A stretch of DNA of 64,000 nt from Clostridia bacterium (lineage in GTDB: Bacteria; Bacillota; Clostridia; Christensenellales; UBA1242), in contig JAZODG010000007.1 of the NCBI GenBank assembly GCA_045596905.1, positions 36,829-100,828 of the forward strand. Reading direction: 5' to 3'. Below the pieces are notes generated by a model that saw only the letters and a program-made list of their open reading frames with translations, was not told the DNA's origin and made no database searches. The position numbers and the translations under genes were made by a program. Positions 1-10,271 of this stretch are shown in pieces. The first letter of the stretch is position 1. Each line of letters opens with the position of its first letter.

Positions 1-1468
1 CGTTTTTCGCCGCCATCATACCAAGTGTGATAATTTTAATAACACGGTCATTGCCATATTTTCTTCTAACATAATCAATAACGTCTTGTCTTCTTGAGTC
101 TTCAAAGTCAACGTCAAAGTCAGGCGCAGAGACTCTGTCTGGGTTCAAGAATCTTTCAAAGAATAAGCCAAAACGAAGTGGGTCAAGTTGAGTGATTCCA
201 AGCAAATATGCAATAACCGAACCAGCACCAGAACCACGTCCAGGACCAACTGAAATACCCATTTTTCTTGCAGCATTGATATAGTCCCACACAATTAAGT
301 AATATTCAATAAAGCCCATTCTTTCAATAACGCCAAGCTCATACTCTATTCTATCAGTGAGTTCTTTTGTAACAACTGGATAATGTTTTTTAACACCTTC
401 ATCAATAAGCTTTAAAATATAAGTCTTTGGGTCGTCACCAGTTTCAGGAATAAACCTTGGGAATAAATAGTGACCATACTCAAAGTTATAGTTACACTTA
501 TCCATAATTTCAAGAGAGTTTAACAAACTTTCTTCTTCAAACAAAAGTTTCATTTCTTCATAGGTCTTGAAATAAAACTCATCAGTGTCAAACTTCATTC
601 TGTCTGGGTCATCATAAGTCTTACGCATATTAACGCACATAAGAATATCTTGGCTCATTGCATCTTCTTTTTCAAGATAGTGAACGTCGTTTGTTGCAAC
701 TGTTTTAACTCCAATCTTTTTTGCTAATGCATAAAGTTTTGGCAAAACATATTTTTCTTCTTTTAGGCCATGGTCTTGAACTTCAATATAAAAGTCACCA
801 GGCGCAAACATATTTTTTAAACGAAGTGCATCTTTTTCTGCTTCTTCATCTTGATTATTAAGCAAATATGCAGGAATGGTTCCAGCAATACACGCTGACA
901 AACACACAAGTCCTTCACTATATTGTTCCAAAAGTTTATAGTCAATTCTTGGTTTAAAATAAAAACCGTCTCTAAACGCAATAGCATTAAGCTTAGAGAT
1001 ATTTTCATATCCCTTTTCGTTTTTAACAAGCAATATCAAGTGATGAAGTTTCTCTCTTGAATCTTTCTTTTGATAATCACTTGTTACATAAAATTCGCAA
1101 CCAATAATTGGCTTAACTATTGGTTTGCCATGTTCTTTATAATATGCTTCATCAAGCGAAACACACGCATCAAAGAATGTTACTGCACCATACATATTTC
1201 CGTGGTCAGTGATAGCAACAGCTCTCATTCCAAGATCCTTTGCCCTTTTCACCAGACTATCGATTCTTGTTGCACCGTCCAAAAGAGAATATTCAGTGTG
1301 CAAGTGCAAATGAACAAAACCCTTTTCATCAACAAATTTTCTGAGTTCATTCTTTGGTCTTACAACAATCTTTTCTGCTCTAACTTCAGGAAGAAGATTC
1401 TTTTTCTTATCTTCGCTTTGTTTGAATTTATAGCCCTTTGTTTGTGTGTATAAAAGCGGCGAAATCAT
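1..1468 (-). CDS. dnaE: DNA polymerase III alpha subunit (DnaE), 5' part only (about 489 codons); the gene runs off the window start
   Basis: Hand translation of the minus strand from ATG at 1468 gives MISPLLYT...[47 protein letters not shown], a PHP-domain DnaE N-terminus. The frame stays open to position 1. It is absent from the ORF track because the window edge truncates it. Confidence 0.85.
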   Translation of the reverse strand, partial: MISPLLYTQTKGYKFKQSEDKKKNLLPEVRAEKIVVRPKNELRKFVDEKGFVHLHLHTEYSLLDGATRIDSLVKRAKDLGMRAVAITDHGNMYGAVTFFDACVSLDEAYYKEHGKPIVKPIIGCEFYVTSDYQKKDSREKLHHLILLVKNEKGYENISKLNAIAFRDGFYFKPRIDYKLLEQYSEGLVCLSACIAGTIPAYLLNNQDEEAEKDALRLKNMFAPGDFYIEVQDHGLKEEKYVLPKLYALAKKIGVKTVATNDVHYLEKEDAMSQDILMCVNMRKTYDDPDRMKFDTDEFYFKTYEEMKLLFEEESLLNSLEIMDKCNYNFEYGHYLFPRFIPETGDDPKTYILKLIDEGVKKHYPVVTKELTDRIEYELGVIERMGFIEYYLIVWDYINAARKMGISVGPGRGSGAGSVIAYLLGITQLDPLRFGLFFERFLNPDRVSAPDFDVDFEDSRRQDVIDYVRRKYGNDRVIKIITLGMMAAKN

Positions 1469-1469
1469 T

Positions 1470-2435
1470 TTAGCCATTTTGTTCCCCCAATTCTTCCGAT
1501 AGTTTAATAATTTTGTCAAAACGTTGTTTGAGTGCACCCTTGCTTATTTTTATTTCCATCAAGTTTAGTAGGTCTGAAAGAGACGCTTCAGGGTTTGATA
1601 ATCTCAAAAGCGCAGCTTCTGCAAGTGTGTCAGGCAAACTTTCAACACCGATTGTATCTCTGATAACTTCAATGGCTTTGATTTGTTTAAGTGACGCATT
1701 TATGGTTTTATCAAGGTTTGCAGAAATGCAATTAACTTGTCTGTTCATCATGTTGTTCATGTCTCTATCAACCTTTTTATTCATAAGGTCAAGAACAATT
1801 TTGTTTGCACCAAACAACCCCAAAACGTCACAGATTGTTTCGCTGTCTTTTAAATAAATAACCAAGTCTTCACCACGTTCAACAACTTTTGGAAAAATAT
1901 CAAAGTTAGAAAAAACTTCTGCAATCAAATCAACTTGGGTTTTGGTTTCAACATCAATCTCAAAATGATATCCATATGCCCTTTTGTTTTCCTTTTGATT
2001 AGGAACACTCAAACTGCCAGTTCCCAAAAACAAACCGGTCAAAAAAGCCTTCATGTGTTGTTCATTTTTCATATAGCCTTTGTCACAAACATCTGAAATC
2101 TGTGTCATGCCGTTTGAGTCAATATAAACAATACCCAAGTCTTTCAAAACAGCTTCACCGTGTGTTGATGAAGATATTTCAAATTTTTCTTTGTTTTTAA
2201 ATGAACGAACCACCTTTGCAAGGTTAAATTCATACTCAGGATAAAGTTGCAACAAGTTCTTATGAACAAACCCAATCACTTCTTCATATTCAGATGAAAT
2301 AACAAAAGAAATATGTCCACCAGACAAAACCAAACTGCCTGCAGACATAAAAACGCCTTTAATCAAAGAAATCATTTCTTTTTTGTAAAGGTTCTTTTTT
2401 ATAATTTCAAGTTTAACATCATTTGTTATCGCCAT
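1470..2435 (-). CDS. whiA: DNA-binding protein WhiA
   Basis: 321 aa. The N-terminal LAGLIDADG-like region ([11 protein letters not shown]) and C-terminal HTH region ([17 protein letters not shown]) are typical of WhiA. Confidence 0.85.
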   Translation of the reverse strand: MAITNDVKLEIIKKNLYKKEMISLIKGVFMSAGSLVLSGGHISFVISSEYEEVIGFVHKNLLQLYPEYEFNLAKVVRSFKNKEKFEISSSTHGEAVLKDLGIVYIDSNGMTQISDVCDKGYMKNEQHMKAFLTGLFLGTGSLSVPNQKENKRAYGYHFEIDVETKTQVDLIAEVFSNFDIFPKVVERGEDLVIYLKDSETICDVLGLFGANKIVLDLMNKKVDRDMNNMMNRQVNCISANLDKTINASLKQIKAIEVIRDTIGVESLPDTLAEAALLRLSNPEASLSDLLNLMEIKISKGALKQRFDKIIKLSEELGEQNG

Positions 2436-2453
2436 CTAAACTTCCTCATGTTA

Positions 2454-2482
2454 ATTATACTTTGTTTAAACTTTTTCTTCAA
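2454..2482 (-). promoter_or_regulatory. Putative sigma-A promoter of whiA (TTGAAG-17-TATAAT)
   Basis: The minus strand reads TTGAAG, a 17-nt spacer, TATAAT, and then AGGAAG SD and the ATG at 2435. Confidence 0.5.
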
Positions 2483-2508
2483 TAAAAAAATGTCAAAAAC
2501 TTTGACAT
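2483..2508 (-). terminator. Rho-independent terminator after the PHP-domain gene
   Basis: 8-bp stem atgtcaaa/tttgacat with a 3-nt loop, followed by a U-run on the minus strand. Confidence 0.7.
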
Positions 2509-2565
2509 TTTTTCGTTAATTTTAAATTTATTATATAAATTTCTTATCACAAAGCAACTTTACTA

Positions 2566-4071
2566 TTATTTTTCACCGTCCAAAAGGTCATCAACTGCAA
2601 TAAAACCACCAGAATTCTTTCTTCTAGTTACAGTCTTTTTTGGTTTTTCTGCTTCAGGTTTTTGAGCTGATTGATTTCCTTGACTTGCAGCAAGCTTTGT
2701 TCTTGTGATTGAACTCATGAAGTTTTCAGGTTCAACAACTCTAGGTTCTTTTTTGGCTGCAGTATTTTGAACTTCAACAGTTTCAGCCTTTTTCTTTGCT
2801 GGTGTTCTATTAATTTCCACCCTGCTGTTATTTGCAGAAGTTTTAATTTCTCTTTCAGGAAGTGGTTTTCTTTCTTCCTTGCCTTCTCTTGCATCTTGAA
2901 CAACATTGTTGATTGCTTGGAACTTATTTTGGAATCCATCATCTTTCATAAGTGGAATATCTTCTTCAACTGACAATGTTTCACCATTGTTCAAATATTT
3001 TTCTTCTTCAGCTGCATAATCATAGTTAGCATCACCAAGACCTTCATTTTCTTGATCAAATTCACTCATTCTAGCATTTCTGATATATTCTTCTGCCATA
3101 GCAATAAGTTGTGCATTTTCGTCCATATTTTCATTGATATAGCCTTCATACACATCAGCTTGTCTAGGTCTACGCTCTTCAACTTCAATGCCACGTTCTT
3201 GAGCAATCTTCATGAGCTCATCTTCCATTTCTTTTGACAATGTGCCTGTTGCTGCAGAGATTCTTTCTTCTTCAATCTTTTCTTCAAACGCTTCTTTTTC
3301 TCTAGAAACTTTTGCATAAATTGACTTATAAGCTTCATATTCTCTATCAATATCAGATTTTTCTTCTTCAGTAAACTCAACATTTGCGATTCTTTCAGAT
3401 GGAATATCATATTTTCTAATCAACTCAAATGCATCATCAACTGCACCCACCTTGTCTCTTGAGTGAGCATCAGATGAGATAACAAATGTGCAACCACTAG
3501 CAATCAAATCTTCCATTTGTTCACGTGTCCAGTGTGTGTGTCTGTTATTGATTTCAACCAATGTTCCACGCTCTGCACATGCCTTTCCAACCTCATACAT
3601 ATCAGTTTTCAAAATTGAATCAAGGTGAGCAAGAATGGTTACTGGATATTTCATAATCGCATTAACAAACGCATTTGTTGTTTTTCTTTTTGCTTCAGCA
3701 GTGTCTTTCATACCACCAAAATAACCTGCAAAGTTTGTCCAAGTCATTCTGTGATATCCCACAACCAAAATATCAAGCATTGAAAGTGTCTCATTATCGA
3801 TATCAAGTGTACCATCTTCATCAATAATATCGGCTTCAATACCAAGCAAAACTTTGGTTTTTGACCACTCATTAATCTCATTAATGGTTTTTCTTGCTTC
3901 AATCATTTTTTGTTTTGTTGTTCTAAAAAAATGCTTGTAAGCGTGGTCGGTTATACCGATTTCAACAAGACCAAGTTCGTTTGCAGCAATAGCCATTTCT
4001 TCAATAGTGCTTTTGCCATGACCAAACCTACAGTTTTTTGAATGTGTGTGGAGATCTGCCAATAATTTCAT
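2566..4071 (-). CDS. PHP-domain phosphoesterase with a long C-terminal Glu/Lys-rich low-complexity extension
   Basis: The N-terminus MKLLADLHTHSKNCRFGHGKSTIEEM...GITDH is a PHP metal-binding signature. About 270 aa of charged tail follow. The start is set at ATG 4071, preceded by AGGTGA; the track start at 4080 is the GTG inside that SD. Confidence 0.7.
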   Translation of the reverse strand: MKLLADLHTHSKNCRFGHGKSTIEEMAIAANELGLVEIGITDHAYKHFFRTTKQKMIEARKTINEINEWSKTKVLLGIEADIIDEDGTLDIDNETLSMLDILVVGYHRMTWTNFAGYFGGMKDTAEAKRKTTNAFVNAIMKYPVTILAHLDSILKTDMYEVGKACAERGTLVEINNRHTHWTREQMEDLIASGCTFVISSDAHSRDKVGAVDDAFELIRKYDIPSERIANVEFTEEEKSDIDREYEAYKSIYAKVSREKEAFEEKIEEERISAATGTLSKEMEDELMKIAQERGIEVEERRPRQADVYEGYINENMDENAQLIAMAEEYIRNARMSEFDQENEGLGDANYDYAAEEEKYLNNGETLSVEEDIPLMKDDGFQNKFQAINNVVQDAREGKEERKPLPEREIKTSANNSRVEINRTPAKKKAETVEVQNTAAKKEPRVVEPENFMSSITRTKLAASQGNQSAQKPEAEKPKKTVTRRKNSGGFIAVDDLLDGEK

Positions 4072-4957
4072 TATTATCACCTACTTTTTCAATTTCAGAA
4101 ATAAGAGAAACACCAAATTGTTTTTCAACCCTATCTTCAACAATCTTTTGAAGACACAAAAAATCATCTGAAGAACCCGATTTGTCGTTTAAAAAGAAGT
4201 TTGAATGTTTTGAAGAAACATAAATTCCCCCAACACGAACCCCTTTTAGTCCAGCACGTTCAATATAAAACCCTGCTGACAAACCATCAACCTTTTGATA
4301 AACCGAACCAAGCGACAAACCATTAGGTTGAGAAACCGTGCGTCTATATGTGTACTCATTATATAGTTTGATTATATCATATTCACTTTTGTTTTCAAAC
4401 AAAAATGAAGCAGATAACAAAACTATTCCTTTTAAGTTTGAATAATGGTATCCAAACTTGATGCTTTCAGCATCAATGTTCTTTATATTTCCATCATGAA
4501 AAACCCTTATACTCACAAGTTTTGACGAAATATTATAATTAAATGCACCTGCATTATTTATGATTGCTCCACCGATTGTTGCAGGTATACCAAACAATCC
4601 TTCAACTCCACCAAGTTTGTTTCTCTTTAAAATTTCAAGTGCCCTAGAAAGTTGCATTCCAGCAGAAAAAGAAATCGTGTTCCCTTTTATCTCATACTCA
4701 TCTTTCATTTTTGAAGTAATGATAACGGGAAAAGAAACCATTTCACAAAACAAAACGTTGCTCACATTCCCCACAACTATAAACTCAATTTTGTTTTGCC
4801 AGAGACACTTTAACGCCTTGACTAAATCTTCAACGCATTTTGGAAAAATTGCAATCTTCAAAATTGCCCGTATTTTTATTGTTGAAATTTCTGCTACGTC
4901 AAAGTTTTCAATATAGTCAATATTTTTATGTTTCAAGAGCTCTCTGATTCGATTCAC
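4028..4957 (-). CDS. murB: UDP-N-acetylenolpyruvoylglucosamine reductase
   Basis: MurB-like FAD-binding N-terminal domain and C-terminal motifs (GGAIINNAGAF, SNFFLNDKSGSSDDF). The likely start is GTG at 4957, 5 nt after GGAG. The 3' end overlaps the PHP gene by 44 nt. Confidence 0.85.
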   Translation of the reverse strand: MNRIRELLKHKNIDYIENFDVAEISTIKIRAILKIAIFPKCVEDLVKALKCLWQNKIEFIVVGNVSNVLFCEMVSFPVIITSKMKDEYEIKGNTISFSAGMQLSRALEILKRNKLGGVEGLFGIPATIGGAIINNAGAFNYNISSKLVSIRVFHDGNIKNIDAESIKFGYHYSNLKGIVLLSASFLFENKSEYDIIKLYNEYTYRRTVSQPNGLSLGSVYQKVDGLSAGFYIERAGLKGVRVGGIYVSSKHSNFFLNDKSGSSDDFLCLQKIVEDRVEKQFGVSLISEIEKVGDNNEIIGRSPHTFKKL

Positions 4958-4990
4958 AACCACTCCAAAAAGTTAAAATTTTGTCTTGTT

Positions 4991-6088
4991 TTATTCAAAC
5001 TCCAAAACACTATCAAAAACACCAAAAAGCTTGCAATCACTGATTTTTCCAAGTGCTATGTCTTTCATAACACCTGAAAATGAAACATCGTTTAATTGTT
5101 TCACGGCAAACATTCCAATATTTTCAAGGCTAGATTGAGATTCTTGATTAACCAAGAAAAAAGCAAACATTTCAGCGTGCTTTTTTCTTAAACTATCAGC
5201 ACCATTCCCTAAAAACATAAACTGAACCAAATCGGTGTATCCTAAAACCGGTTCAAAAATAACATCACTAACCTTTCCTTGTTTTGCTCTATTTTCCATT
5301 CTCAAAATATCTCTTTGAGTTCCAAGCAAAATTGTTGCGTCATTAGTTAAAAATCTGCAATACGCTGAATATTGTGTCTGTGACCCAGCTTGGGTATCAA
5401 CACTGTTTTCCGTTTGAATAATACTATTTGTATTGTATGACAAAATCGCATTTTTTGGCATCAAATATTTATTTGAGCCATATGTTAATGAGTTTGACAC
5501 CTTTTCTTTCTTCCCCGACTTAAACTTATACGCTGACAAATAAACCTTTTCTTTCAAACTTATTTCGCCATCAAACCCAGCTTTTTCCATTTTTTGTTTA
5601 GTTGAAATCAAACAATAAAAACCCGTACACCACGCCAAACCATAAAGCTTATCACCAACCGTTCCTGCTTTTAAAAAATTATCATAAATATCAACATTTT
5701 TGTTATCAAAATGAGTTATATAATCTCTAATCTGCTGAGAAACCCCATAAGAACATGAAAACAAATCTGGAGTTTGCCCACTTTGCAGCATATTTTTGCA
5801 CTCAGTTTCAGTAACATTTCTTATCATAAAGTGCAGTCCTTTATTTTTTTTCTGAAAGCTTTTTGCTCTTTCTTCCAAAAAACTAACTTTTGATGCACTT
5901 CCACTTTCAAATGTGTCAATATTCCAAATCTCAATCATTCCTTGATATTCGCTTTTATTGCCGATAAAAGTTTTATAAATGAGCGAAATTTCATCACTAG
6001 ATTTCACGTTTATTAGTGGCAAACAAACAGCTAAAACAACACAAACAGCAGCAATCACAAGCCTTCCTGCAATATTAATTTTTTTCAT
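4991..6088 (-). CDS. Membrane-anchored protein resembling an extracellular solute-binding protein (family 1), with no adjacent permease genes
   Basis: N-terminal TM/signal segment (LVIAAVCVVLAVCLPL). The pattern IEIWNIDTFESG...FQKKNKGLHF...LQSGQTPDLF resembles ABC sugar-binding proteins. Confidence 0.35.
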   Translation of the reverse strand: MKKINIAGRLVIAAVCVVLAVCLPLINVKSSDEISLIYKTFIGNKSEYQGMIEIWNIDTFESGSASKVSFLEERAKSFQKKNKGLHFMIRNVTETECKNMLQSGQTPDLFSCSYGVSQQIRDYITHFDNKNVDIYDNFLKAGTVGDKLYGLAWCTGFYCLISTKQKMEKAGFDGEISLKEKVYLSAYKFKSGKKEKVSNSLTYGSNKYLMPKNAILSYNTNSIIQTENSVDTQAGSQTQYSAYCRFLTNDATILLGTQRDILRMENRAKQGKVSDVIFEPVLGYTDLVQFMFLGNGADSLRKKHAEMFAFFLVNQESQSSLENIGMFAVKQLNDVSFSGVMKDIALGKISDCKLFGVFDSVLEFE

Positions 6089-6109
6089 ATTAAAATTTAT
6101 GCAATAAAA

Positions 6110-6138
6110 AAGGAACTATTCATTTCAAATAGTTCCTT
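6110..6138 (-). terminator. Rho-independent terminator after the 374-aa gene
   Basis: 11-bp stem aaggaactatt/aatagttcctt with a 7-nt loop and a U-run on the minus strand. Confidence 0.75.
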
Positions 6139-6142
6139 TTAT

Positions 6143-7267
6143 TTATTCACCACGGCCATGACCTTTATTTTTCAAAATACTATCAAAGTAATCAGCAAGT
6201 TCGTCGTTTGTGTTATCGCCCCATTCTCCATAAATGCCCAATCTATCTCTCTTTCCAAGCTCAATTTCATTTTCATTGTATTGCAAAGAAATCTTGGTCA
6301 TAATGTCTGTCAACGCATTCTTTACTGAGCCTTTGCTATTTTTAAGTTTTCCATCCATCAAATGGCTAAGCAAACTTGCATATTTGATATCAAAAATCAA
6401 AGCATCTGCGCCTTTTAAGTCGTCATTTGACTTGCCTAAAAACTGTTCAATTTCATCTTCAAATGAAATATCAAAACTCACACGTAAAGCATCTTTTAAA
6501 AGCTGTGGATGTGTTGTGTAGTTTTTATTAAAGTCTTTATCTTGCAAAAGTTTAAGATATGGCATTCCAAAATCATTTGCAGCAAGAATCATTTCATTTT
6601 CTCTTGGAACGTATTGCATTTCATAGCCTTCCAAAGTTCTCTTAACGTCTTTAACGTACTTAAGCAAGTGTTCAAGAGAAATAGCGTTGCCGTTAATGCC
6701 CTTTTCTTTTCCAAACTCATTTCTATCTCTATAAAGCTCACCAATACTATCATTATAAAAATGAATGTGTGGTGCAGGCTCATTATTTGTAAAGTATGTC
6801 GAATAAACATCTGCAACTGAACCTTCATAAGGATTCACGTTTGTTGTGTGTGGAACAACAACACCCTTTTCTTCTGCATCTTCAAGGTCAACTCTCATGA
6901 TTGGCATAAACACAAAGCCGTCATCTCTCTTTTTGATAACATATGTTGCAAATCCAGACCTATAAGAGCCCATTTGATTCCCATGCTTATCATTAACAAT
7001 TCTTTCAAACTCAACTTTCAAATAAAGTGAGTCTTTTGAATCAATGTCATAAAAGCTGTTTTTGTAACTATATTCATGATCTTTATCATCAACAGAAATA
7101 ATATAAGCATTAGTTCCGTTTTTCATAAGTTCCAAATATAAGTCATCAACAGTGCTTTTGAATCTTTTTGACTTGTTTAAAGAACTGAGCAATTCTTCAA
7201 CCTTTCTTCTGTTTGCAGTTTGCCCACTATCAATAAAATCAATAATTATACGATCATATTTTGCCAT
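6143..7267 (-). CDS. Hypothetical cytoplasmic protein (374 aa), no family recognised
   Basis: Long ORF. An AAGGAG SD lies in the 14-nt gap after the uvrC stop and a terminator follows. No TM segment and no motif I can name. Confidence 0.6.
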   Translation of the reverse strand: MAKYDRIIIDFIDSGQTANRRKVEELLSSLNKSKRFKSTVDDLYLELMKNGTNAYIISVDDKDHEYSYKNSFYDIDSKDSLYLKVEFERIVNDKHGNQMGSYRSGFATYVIKKRDDGFVFMPIMRVDLEDAEEKGVVVPHTTNVNPYEGSVADVYSTYFTNNEPAPHIHFYNDSIGELYRDRNEFGKEKGINGNAISLEHLLKYVKDVKRTLEGYEMQYVPRENEMILAANDFGMPYLKLLQDKDFNKNYTTHPQLLKDALRVSFDISFEDEIEQFLGKSNDDLKGADALIFDIKYASLLSHLMDGKLKNSKGSVKNALTDIMTKISLQYNENEIELGKRDRLGIYGEWGDNTNDELADYFDSILKNKGHGRGE

Positions 7268-7281
7268 AAGCAGCTCCTTTG

Positions 7282-9111
7282 CTAGTTGTTACCATGATAG
7301 AACTCATAAATAACCTTAGCCAAATTAGTTCCTATTCCATCAACTTTAGCAAGATCATTCTTACTAGCTTTTGTTATTGCTTCAACAGACCTGAAATACT
7401 TTAAAAGCTGTTGTGCTTTTTGTTTTCCAACCCCTTCGATTTGGTCTAGAGAAGCCTTTAGAGATTTTCCACGAAGATTTCTGTGGAATGTGATTGCGAA
7501 CCTGTGAGATTCGTCACGTATTCTCTGTAATAATTTTACCACATTATTTGATTTTTGTAAAGATATAGGCTCATTTGAAAGACATGTGCAAATATCTTCA
7601 TTTTTCTCAGCAAGTGAAATAATAGGAATGTTTAACTCCAACTTTTCAAGCACCTTTTTTGCTGCATTAAGCTGTCCAAAACCACCATCCAGAACAATAA
7701 GATCTGGTCTTTTTGAAAAGTTTTCTTTACATTCAATAAGGTCAGTTAACCTACGCATCAAAACTTCATTCATTGATGCATAATCATCAACACCAACAAC
7801 TGTTTTTATCTTAAACTTTCTATATTCTTTGTATGCTGGTTCACCATTTTCAAAAACAACCATTGATGCAACCGAAAATTCACCCGAAATATGCGAAATG
7901 TCATAGCATTCCATTCTTGATAATCTTTTCAGCCCAAGCATCTCTTTCAAGCCATTTAAGGCTTCTAATGTGTTCTTTTGTTTCTTTTCAATTCTATCTT
8001 TTGAATTTTTCAAAAACTCAAGTGCGTTTCTTTCTGCATTCTTTACAAGCTCACACTTAACACCAATCTTAGGAATAGTTATTTTAACAGCCTTATTGAA
8101 GTTTGACAAAATAAACCCTGCAATAAGCTCTCTTTCATCTTCACCAACATCACCAACAACAATTTCTCTTGGAATGGTTGCAGCTTCTTTATAATAACTT
8201 GAAATAAACGACATCAAAATATCATTCTTTTCACCAACTGCATCAGGAATAGGATAATTAATTTGCCCAACATTCTTCCCTTTCCTAATCATCATCACAT
8301 TAACAACAAAAAACTCATCTTGACAAGCAATCATGAAAACATCAAAGTCTGAATCACTTGCTAGACTTGTAATAAGTTCACTATCAATATTATCAATAAT
8401 TTTTAATTGATTTCTAATAACAAGTGCTTCTTCAAAATTTAAAACACTTGCATATTCGTCCATTTTCTTTTTTAATGTCTTTTTTATGTCCCCAGTCTTG
8501 CCGTTTAAAAATGCAATAACACTATCAAGCGTATCATTGTATTTTTGTTCATTTTCTAGCGAAACACATGGAGCAACACACTTTCCAATCTCACCATATA
8601 AACAAGGCTTTTTCTGTGGGTTTTTGCCTTCAAAGTTCTTATTGCACCACCTTATTGGATAAGCAGATTTCACAAGTGCAACAAGTTCAGAAATTCTTGT
8701 TCCGGTAACATATGGTCCAAAAAGTAAAACCTTTGATTCCGTCTTTGGACGCCTAACAATCTGAAGTCTTGGAAATCTCTCTTTTAGGTCAATTTTAAGA
8801 TATGGAAAACTCTTGTCATCTTTAAGCAAAATATTATATTTTGGCTTATATTTCTTTATCAAATTGCTTTCCAAGGAAAACGCATCAAGTTCAGAGTTTG
8901 TTAAAATATAATCAAAATGGTCAATATTAGACACCAAAGCGTAAGTTTTTGGTGTTTTTGGAGTATCATCAAAATAGCTTTTAACTCTACGTTTTAAAGC
9001 CTTTGCCTTTCCAACATAAATGACTTCATCATCTATGTTTTTCATAATATAAACACCAGACGTCTCTGGAAGTTCTTTTTTAACCCTTTCTAAAAGTTGT
9101 TCTCTTGTCAT
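7282..9111 (-). CDS. uvrC: Excinuclease ABC subunit C
   Basis: GIY-YIG N-terminus (GVYIMKNIDDEVIYVGKAKALKRRVKSYF), UvrBC-interaction region and C-terminal (HhH)2. The start is set at ATG 9111 (MTREQLL). The track start at 9129 is a TTG lying in the promoter. Confidence 0.9.
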   Translation of the reverse strand: MTREQLLERVKKELPETSGVYIMKNIDDEVIYVGKAKALKRRVKSYFDDTPKTPKTYALVSNIDHFDYILTNSELDAFSLESNLIKKYKPKYNILLKDDKSFPYLKIDLKERFPRLQIVRRPKTESKVLLFGPYVTGTRISELVALVKSAYPIRWCNKNFEGKNPQKKPCLYGEIGKCVAPCVSLENEQKYNDTLDSVIAFLNGKTGDIKKTLKKKMDEYASVLNFEEALVIRNQLKIIDNIDSELITSLASDSDFDVFMIACQDEFFVVNVMMIRKGKNVGQINYPIPDAVGEKNDILMSFISSYYKEAATIPREIVVGDVGEDERELIAGFILSNFNKAVKITIPKIGVKCELVKNAERNALEFLKNSKDRIEKKQKNTLEALNGLKEMLGLKRLSRMECYDISHISGEFSVASMVVFENGEPAYKEYRKFKIKTVVGVDDYASMNEVLMRRLTDLIECKENFSKRPDLIVLDGGFGQLNAAKKVLEKLELNIPIISLAEKNEDICTCLSNEPISLQKSNNVVKLLQRIRDESHRFAITFHRNLRGKSLKASLDQIEGVGKQKAQQLLKYFRSVEAITKASKNDLAKVDGIGTNLAKVIYEFYHGNN

Positions 9112-9117
9112 AAACTC

Positions 9118-9146
9118 ATTATACCACAACTAAACAAAAATATTAA
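9118..9146 (-). promoter_or_regulatory. Putative extended -10 promoter (TTAATA-17-TGgTATAAT) ending 6 nt upstream of the uvrC ATG
   Basis: The minus strand reads ttaata, a 17-nt spacer ending in tgg, TATAAT, gagttt, ATG. There is no SD. Confidence 0.45.
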
Positions 9147-10144
9147 AAGAAATGTCTATCAATTTCAAAACTTGACAAAACTTCTTCTGCTCTTGAACGG
9201 TCAAGAAGTTTGTTAAGATGATATTCCATTCGTTGATAATCCCCTGCTGAAACCCTGCTAGAATGCTTGCAACACTCTTTAGCCACAGCCATAAGCTTCT
9301 TTATTGAACTAGCACACAAATCCATATTAGTGTTAATAAGCTCTTCAATTTCAGAGTTTGTTAAATGGTCAGCAAGTGTTGATTTTTTCAAATTTAAAAT
9401 ATTCGAATTTTGTCTAAATAAAATAATTATTCTTGAAACCAAAAACTCAAAGGAATTGATTTTATTCATATAAACAAGCGACGATTTGTTATACACATAA
9501 TTATCAATCAAATAAAGTGATGATGGAGACAAAATAACATTTTTAACATGCACATCTGGCACATTATATTTGCTTTCAGCATGCAAAACTCTAACCGTTT
9601 CAATAAACTTTTTCATCTCTGAATATGACAATTTATCAATAATTTGATTCATCTCAACATAACGTTGAATATATTTTTTAACAATCTGCTTATATTCAGA
9701 CTTAAACTTATCAGGTGCACCAAGAATGTAACTAAAATCAGAGAAAGTGTATTGGTCATTAAATAACTCATAAATATTATCAAGCTTTCCTAAAAACATA
9801 TCCTTTCCTGGCACTCTTTCTTCAAGAACAAAAAAATCAAATTTTCTTGTTGGGTCAATAACTTTTTTTGGAACTTTTGTCCACGCAAAAATTCTAGGAA
9901 CTCTATAGCCCCTATTTGAAAAACTTATACTCTCTTCACAATACGCATCAAAAATACATGACATTACTTCATAGTTTTTGTTTGTGTCATATTTTTTCAA
10001 AATCAAATCATTATTCAAAAAATAAACACAACCTTCCAAACCCCTTTTCTGTGGAAGTGAATCAAGGTATGGAATAAGACTATGGATAAATTCTAAGCGT
10101 TTGAGATCTGACATCTTTTCAATTTTCTTCAAGTTATTTTCCAT
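9143..10144 (-). CDS. Protein-kinase-like / aminoglycoside-phosphotransferase-fold protein, function unknown
   Basis: Gly-rich loop-like RGLEGCVYFL, LILKKY (Lys), EERVPGKDM hinge, DVHVKNVIL (catalytic-loop-like) and LIDNY (DFG-like). The start is set at MENNLKK (10144). Confidence 0.4.
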   Translation of the reverse strand: MENNLKKIEKMSDLKRLEFIHSLIPYLDSLPQKRGLEGCVYFLNNDLILKKYDTNKNYEVMSCIFDAYCEESISFSNRGYRVPRIFAWTKVPKKVIDPTRKFDFFVLEERVPGKDMFLGKLDNIYELFNDQYTFSDFSYILGAPDKFKSEYKQIVKKYIQRYVEMNQIIDKLSYSEMKKFIETVRVLHAESKYNVPDVHVKNVILSPSSLYLIDNYVYNKSSLVYMNKINSFEFLVSRIIILFRQNSNILNLKKSTLADHLTNSEIEELINTNMDLCASSIKKLMAVAKECCKHSSRVSAGDYQRMEYHLNKLLDRSRAEEVLSSFEIDRHFF

Positions 10145-10154
10145 ATAATAATAT

Positions 10155-10183
10155 ATTATAACAAAGAAATATTTTATAGTAAA
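10155..10183 (-). promoter_or_regulatory. Putative promoter (TTTACT-17-TATAAT) 10 nt upstream of the kinase-like ATG
   Basis: Read directly from the minus strand. No SD lies between the -10 box and the ATG. Confidence 0.4.
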
Positions 10184-10222
10184 TAGCACAGGTCAAAATT
10201 ATCAAAAATCATTCTAAACGCA

Positions 10223-10260
10223 GAAAAAATAAGGTGTTATGTTTGACATACCACCTTATT
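10223..10260 (-). terminator. Rho-independent terminator after prfA, related to the 17378/18865 hairpins
   Basis: 15-bp stem aataaggtgttatgt/acataccaccttatt with one mismatch, a 3-nt loop and a U-run on the minus strand. Confidence 0.75.
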
Positions 10261-10271
10261 TTAAATGTTTT

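Noticed and set aside
817-1453. ORF-track entries 817-1029 (minus) and 1070-1453 (plus)
   Set aside because: They lie inside or antisense to the dnaE 5' region, which reads through the whole 1-1468 interval in another frame with clear PHP-domain homology.
4028-4080. Overlap between murB and the PHP gene, considered as a possible frameshift, fusion or sequencing error
   Set aside because: Both frames are intact. The PHP gene has its own AGGTGA SD and ATG at 4071, and MurB is complete apart from a short C-terminal extension. An ordinary though longish overlap is the simpler explanation.
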